From a virus: a stretch of DNA of 64,000 nucleotides. This document shows, in pieces, positions 62,665 through 64,000 of this stretch. The position numbers were made by a program, and so were the translations under genes. The notes beneath the pieces are model-generated. The model did no database searches and was not told the DNA's origin. It saw only the letters and a program-made list of their open reading frames with translations. The stretch's first letter is position 1. Each line of letters begins with the position of its first letter. The DNA lies in IMG/VR virus record IMGVR_UViG_3300021376_000010; one strand, 5' to 3'.

Positions 62665-64000
62665 TTATGCCTGTGCCTCAGACCAACGTAGGACTAGGTT
62701 TCCAGTAATATTTGAACCATTCGTTAAGTAAACGTTAATTGCAAGAACATCTGGACCATTCGGGAATGTGCCTCTTCCTCCAATTGGTGTGTTATTGAGC
62801 TCTTTGAGTTCATCCAATTCAATTGTTGATTTTTCTATAGCAGGACCAATAAATGAGAACACAGTTTCACCAGGAGCAGCAGATACTGTGTTTGCAGTAA
62901 ATGTATATGTTGTTCCACTTAAACCAGAGTTTACTGAGTTGGAGAACTGTACATAATTTCTTGTAGCATCATATTGGAAAATGTTAATAACACGAGTACC
63001 ACCAGGAACTCCAGTACCAGAAACGAAGAAACCAATTCTTACGTTAGCAACATCAGTTTTAGTAAATATTTGATACTGAGTGAAATAATTCTGTGTAAAT
63101 GCTGTTGCGGCCTGAATTGTTTGAGCTCCACCTTCCCATGTAACAGATGCTGCGTTTGCAATCTGTGCAAAAGATGGTTGTCCTCCAGCACCCTGTGATG
63201 TTAGAGAGAACCACTGTACTGCTGCTGGGTTTGATGGATAGTTTGATGGATTCAAAATACCTTCAATTACGACTGCCTGAGATGCGGAACCACCAGTTGG
63301 GGTAAATTCAAGAGATTTTAAAAGTAACTGTGCTCGGTTAATTAACTCTCTCTGTCCTAAATCACCAGTGATAGCATTTGATACACTTGGTGCAAGACGA
63401 ATCATGAACGTAGTTATTTTTGTTGTTGATATTGTACCACCAATGAATGGATAGTTGAAGATGTAACCTCTATCAGAATCAAATAGTCCATCTGTTAAAA
63501 ACGCAGAACCCCAGTGACTGATTATTGGTGTTGCTGTATTACTTAGTAGAATAGCACCAGCACCTTCTGTGTGGGGTTCTGCTGCACCTGCACTATAAGT
63601 TCTAAATGAACCAGAAGAATAATTTCCAAATGATGCTGCTCTTGTAATACCAGTTAAAGTATTTCCAGATTTTCCAGTATAATTTATTAATTCATTGTCA
63701 ACATAAACGGTTCCTGAGGATGGATATAGAGAAGCATCCACTAGGGGAACGGTTGTTTGTGATTGAGATATAGTTGAAGCAAGTTTTGATTTGGGACCTT
63801 CATTGATAACTTCATATCTAACTGGTAAGTTACCAGATCTCATATATGCTTCTGTATTTGAGTTGTTATTCTTCAGTCTATGGACAAATAAGTAATTTCC
63901 ATCTGGTCCACGTAACATCCAATCAATAAATCCAGCACCGTACCAAGTATATTGGAAACCAATCATTTGCATTTTGTTGATTTCGATCTCATAACCACTA
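62665..64000 (-). CDS. large virion structural protein, 5' end outside the window
   Basis: frame open to the window edge; Ser/Thr/Gly-rich beta structure; ends LRWSEAQA. Confidence 0.75.
   Translation of the reverse strand, partial: SGYEIEINKMQMIGFQYTWYGAGFIDWMLRGPDGNYLFVHRLKNNNSNTEAYMRSGNLPVRYEVINEGPKSKLASTISQSQTTVPLVDASLYPSSGTVYVDNELINYTGKSGNTLTGITRAASFGNYSSGSFRTYSAGAAEPHTEGAGAILLSNTATPIISHWGSAFLTDGLFDSDRGYIFNYPFIGGTISTTKITTFMIRLAPSVSNAITGDLGQRELINRAQLLLKSLEFTPTGGSASQAVVIEGILNPSNYPSNPAAVQWFSLTSQGAGGQPSFAQIANAASVTWEGGAQTIQAATAFTQNYFTQYQIFTKTDVANVRIGFFVSGTGVPGGTRVINIFQYDATRNYVQFSNSVNSGLSGTTYTFTANTVSAAPGETVFSFIGPAIEKSTIELDELKELNNTPIGGRGTFPNGPDVLAINVYLTNGSNITGNLVLRWSEAQA

Noticed and set aside
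179-63198. Numerous plus-strand ORFs in the track (e.g. 179-550, 36031-36480, 40086-40811)
   Set aside because: Antisense shadows of well-supported minus-strand genes; no recognisable motifs
1-64000. CRISPR array, integrase, IS element, rRNA
   Set aside because: No regularly spaced repeats, recombinase/transposase motifs or rRNA-like sequence seen by eye

Overview
A 64-kb segment of a T4-like cyanomyophage (Kyanoviridae-type, AT-rich; a freshwater picocyanobacterial host is inferred). Essentially all genes are on the minus strand. In transcription order (right to left) the window holds: a partial virion protein; the neck, packaging, tail and head module (g13-g23, g3); the recombination and replication module (uvsY, uvsW, g55, g47, g46, g45, g44, g62, regA, hsp20, g43, uvsX, g41, mazG, g61, nrdA, nrdB); large modular low-complexity proteins that look like protease-processed head cargo; a GIY-YIG nuclease; a lysozyme-domain protein; tRNA-Gly; a microprotein-rich metabolic operon (gnd, a zwf relic, NdhP and an NdhQ-like peptide, both missed by the ORF track); a manA/wcaG-type structured RNA region split by two ORFs; a 10-gene glycan synthesis/methylation cluster; and a small outer-membrane beta-barrel gene. 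The best leads are the RNA-hairpin/UGGYG cassette array, the NDH-1L accessory micro-subunits, the cargo polyproteins, a putative GDP-L-galactose glycan pathway, a hairpin-gated nuclease, duplication-flanked insertions around mazG, and an identical 22-mer promoter element at two distant loci. Family assignments come from motif recognition by eye and recalled reference sequences; no database searches were run.
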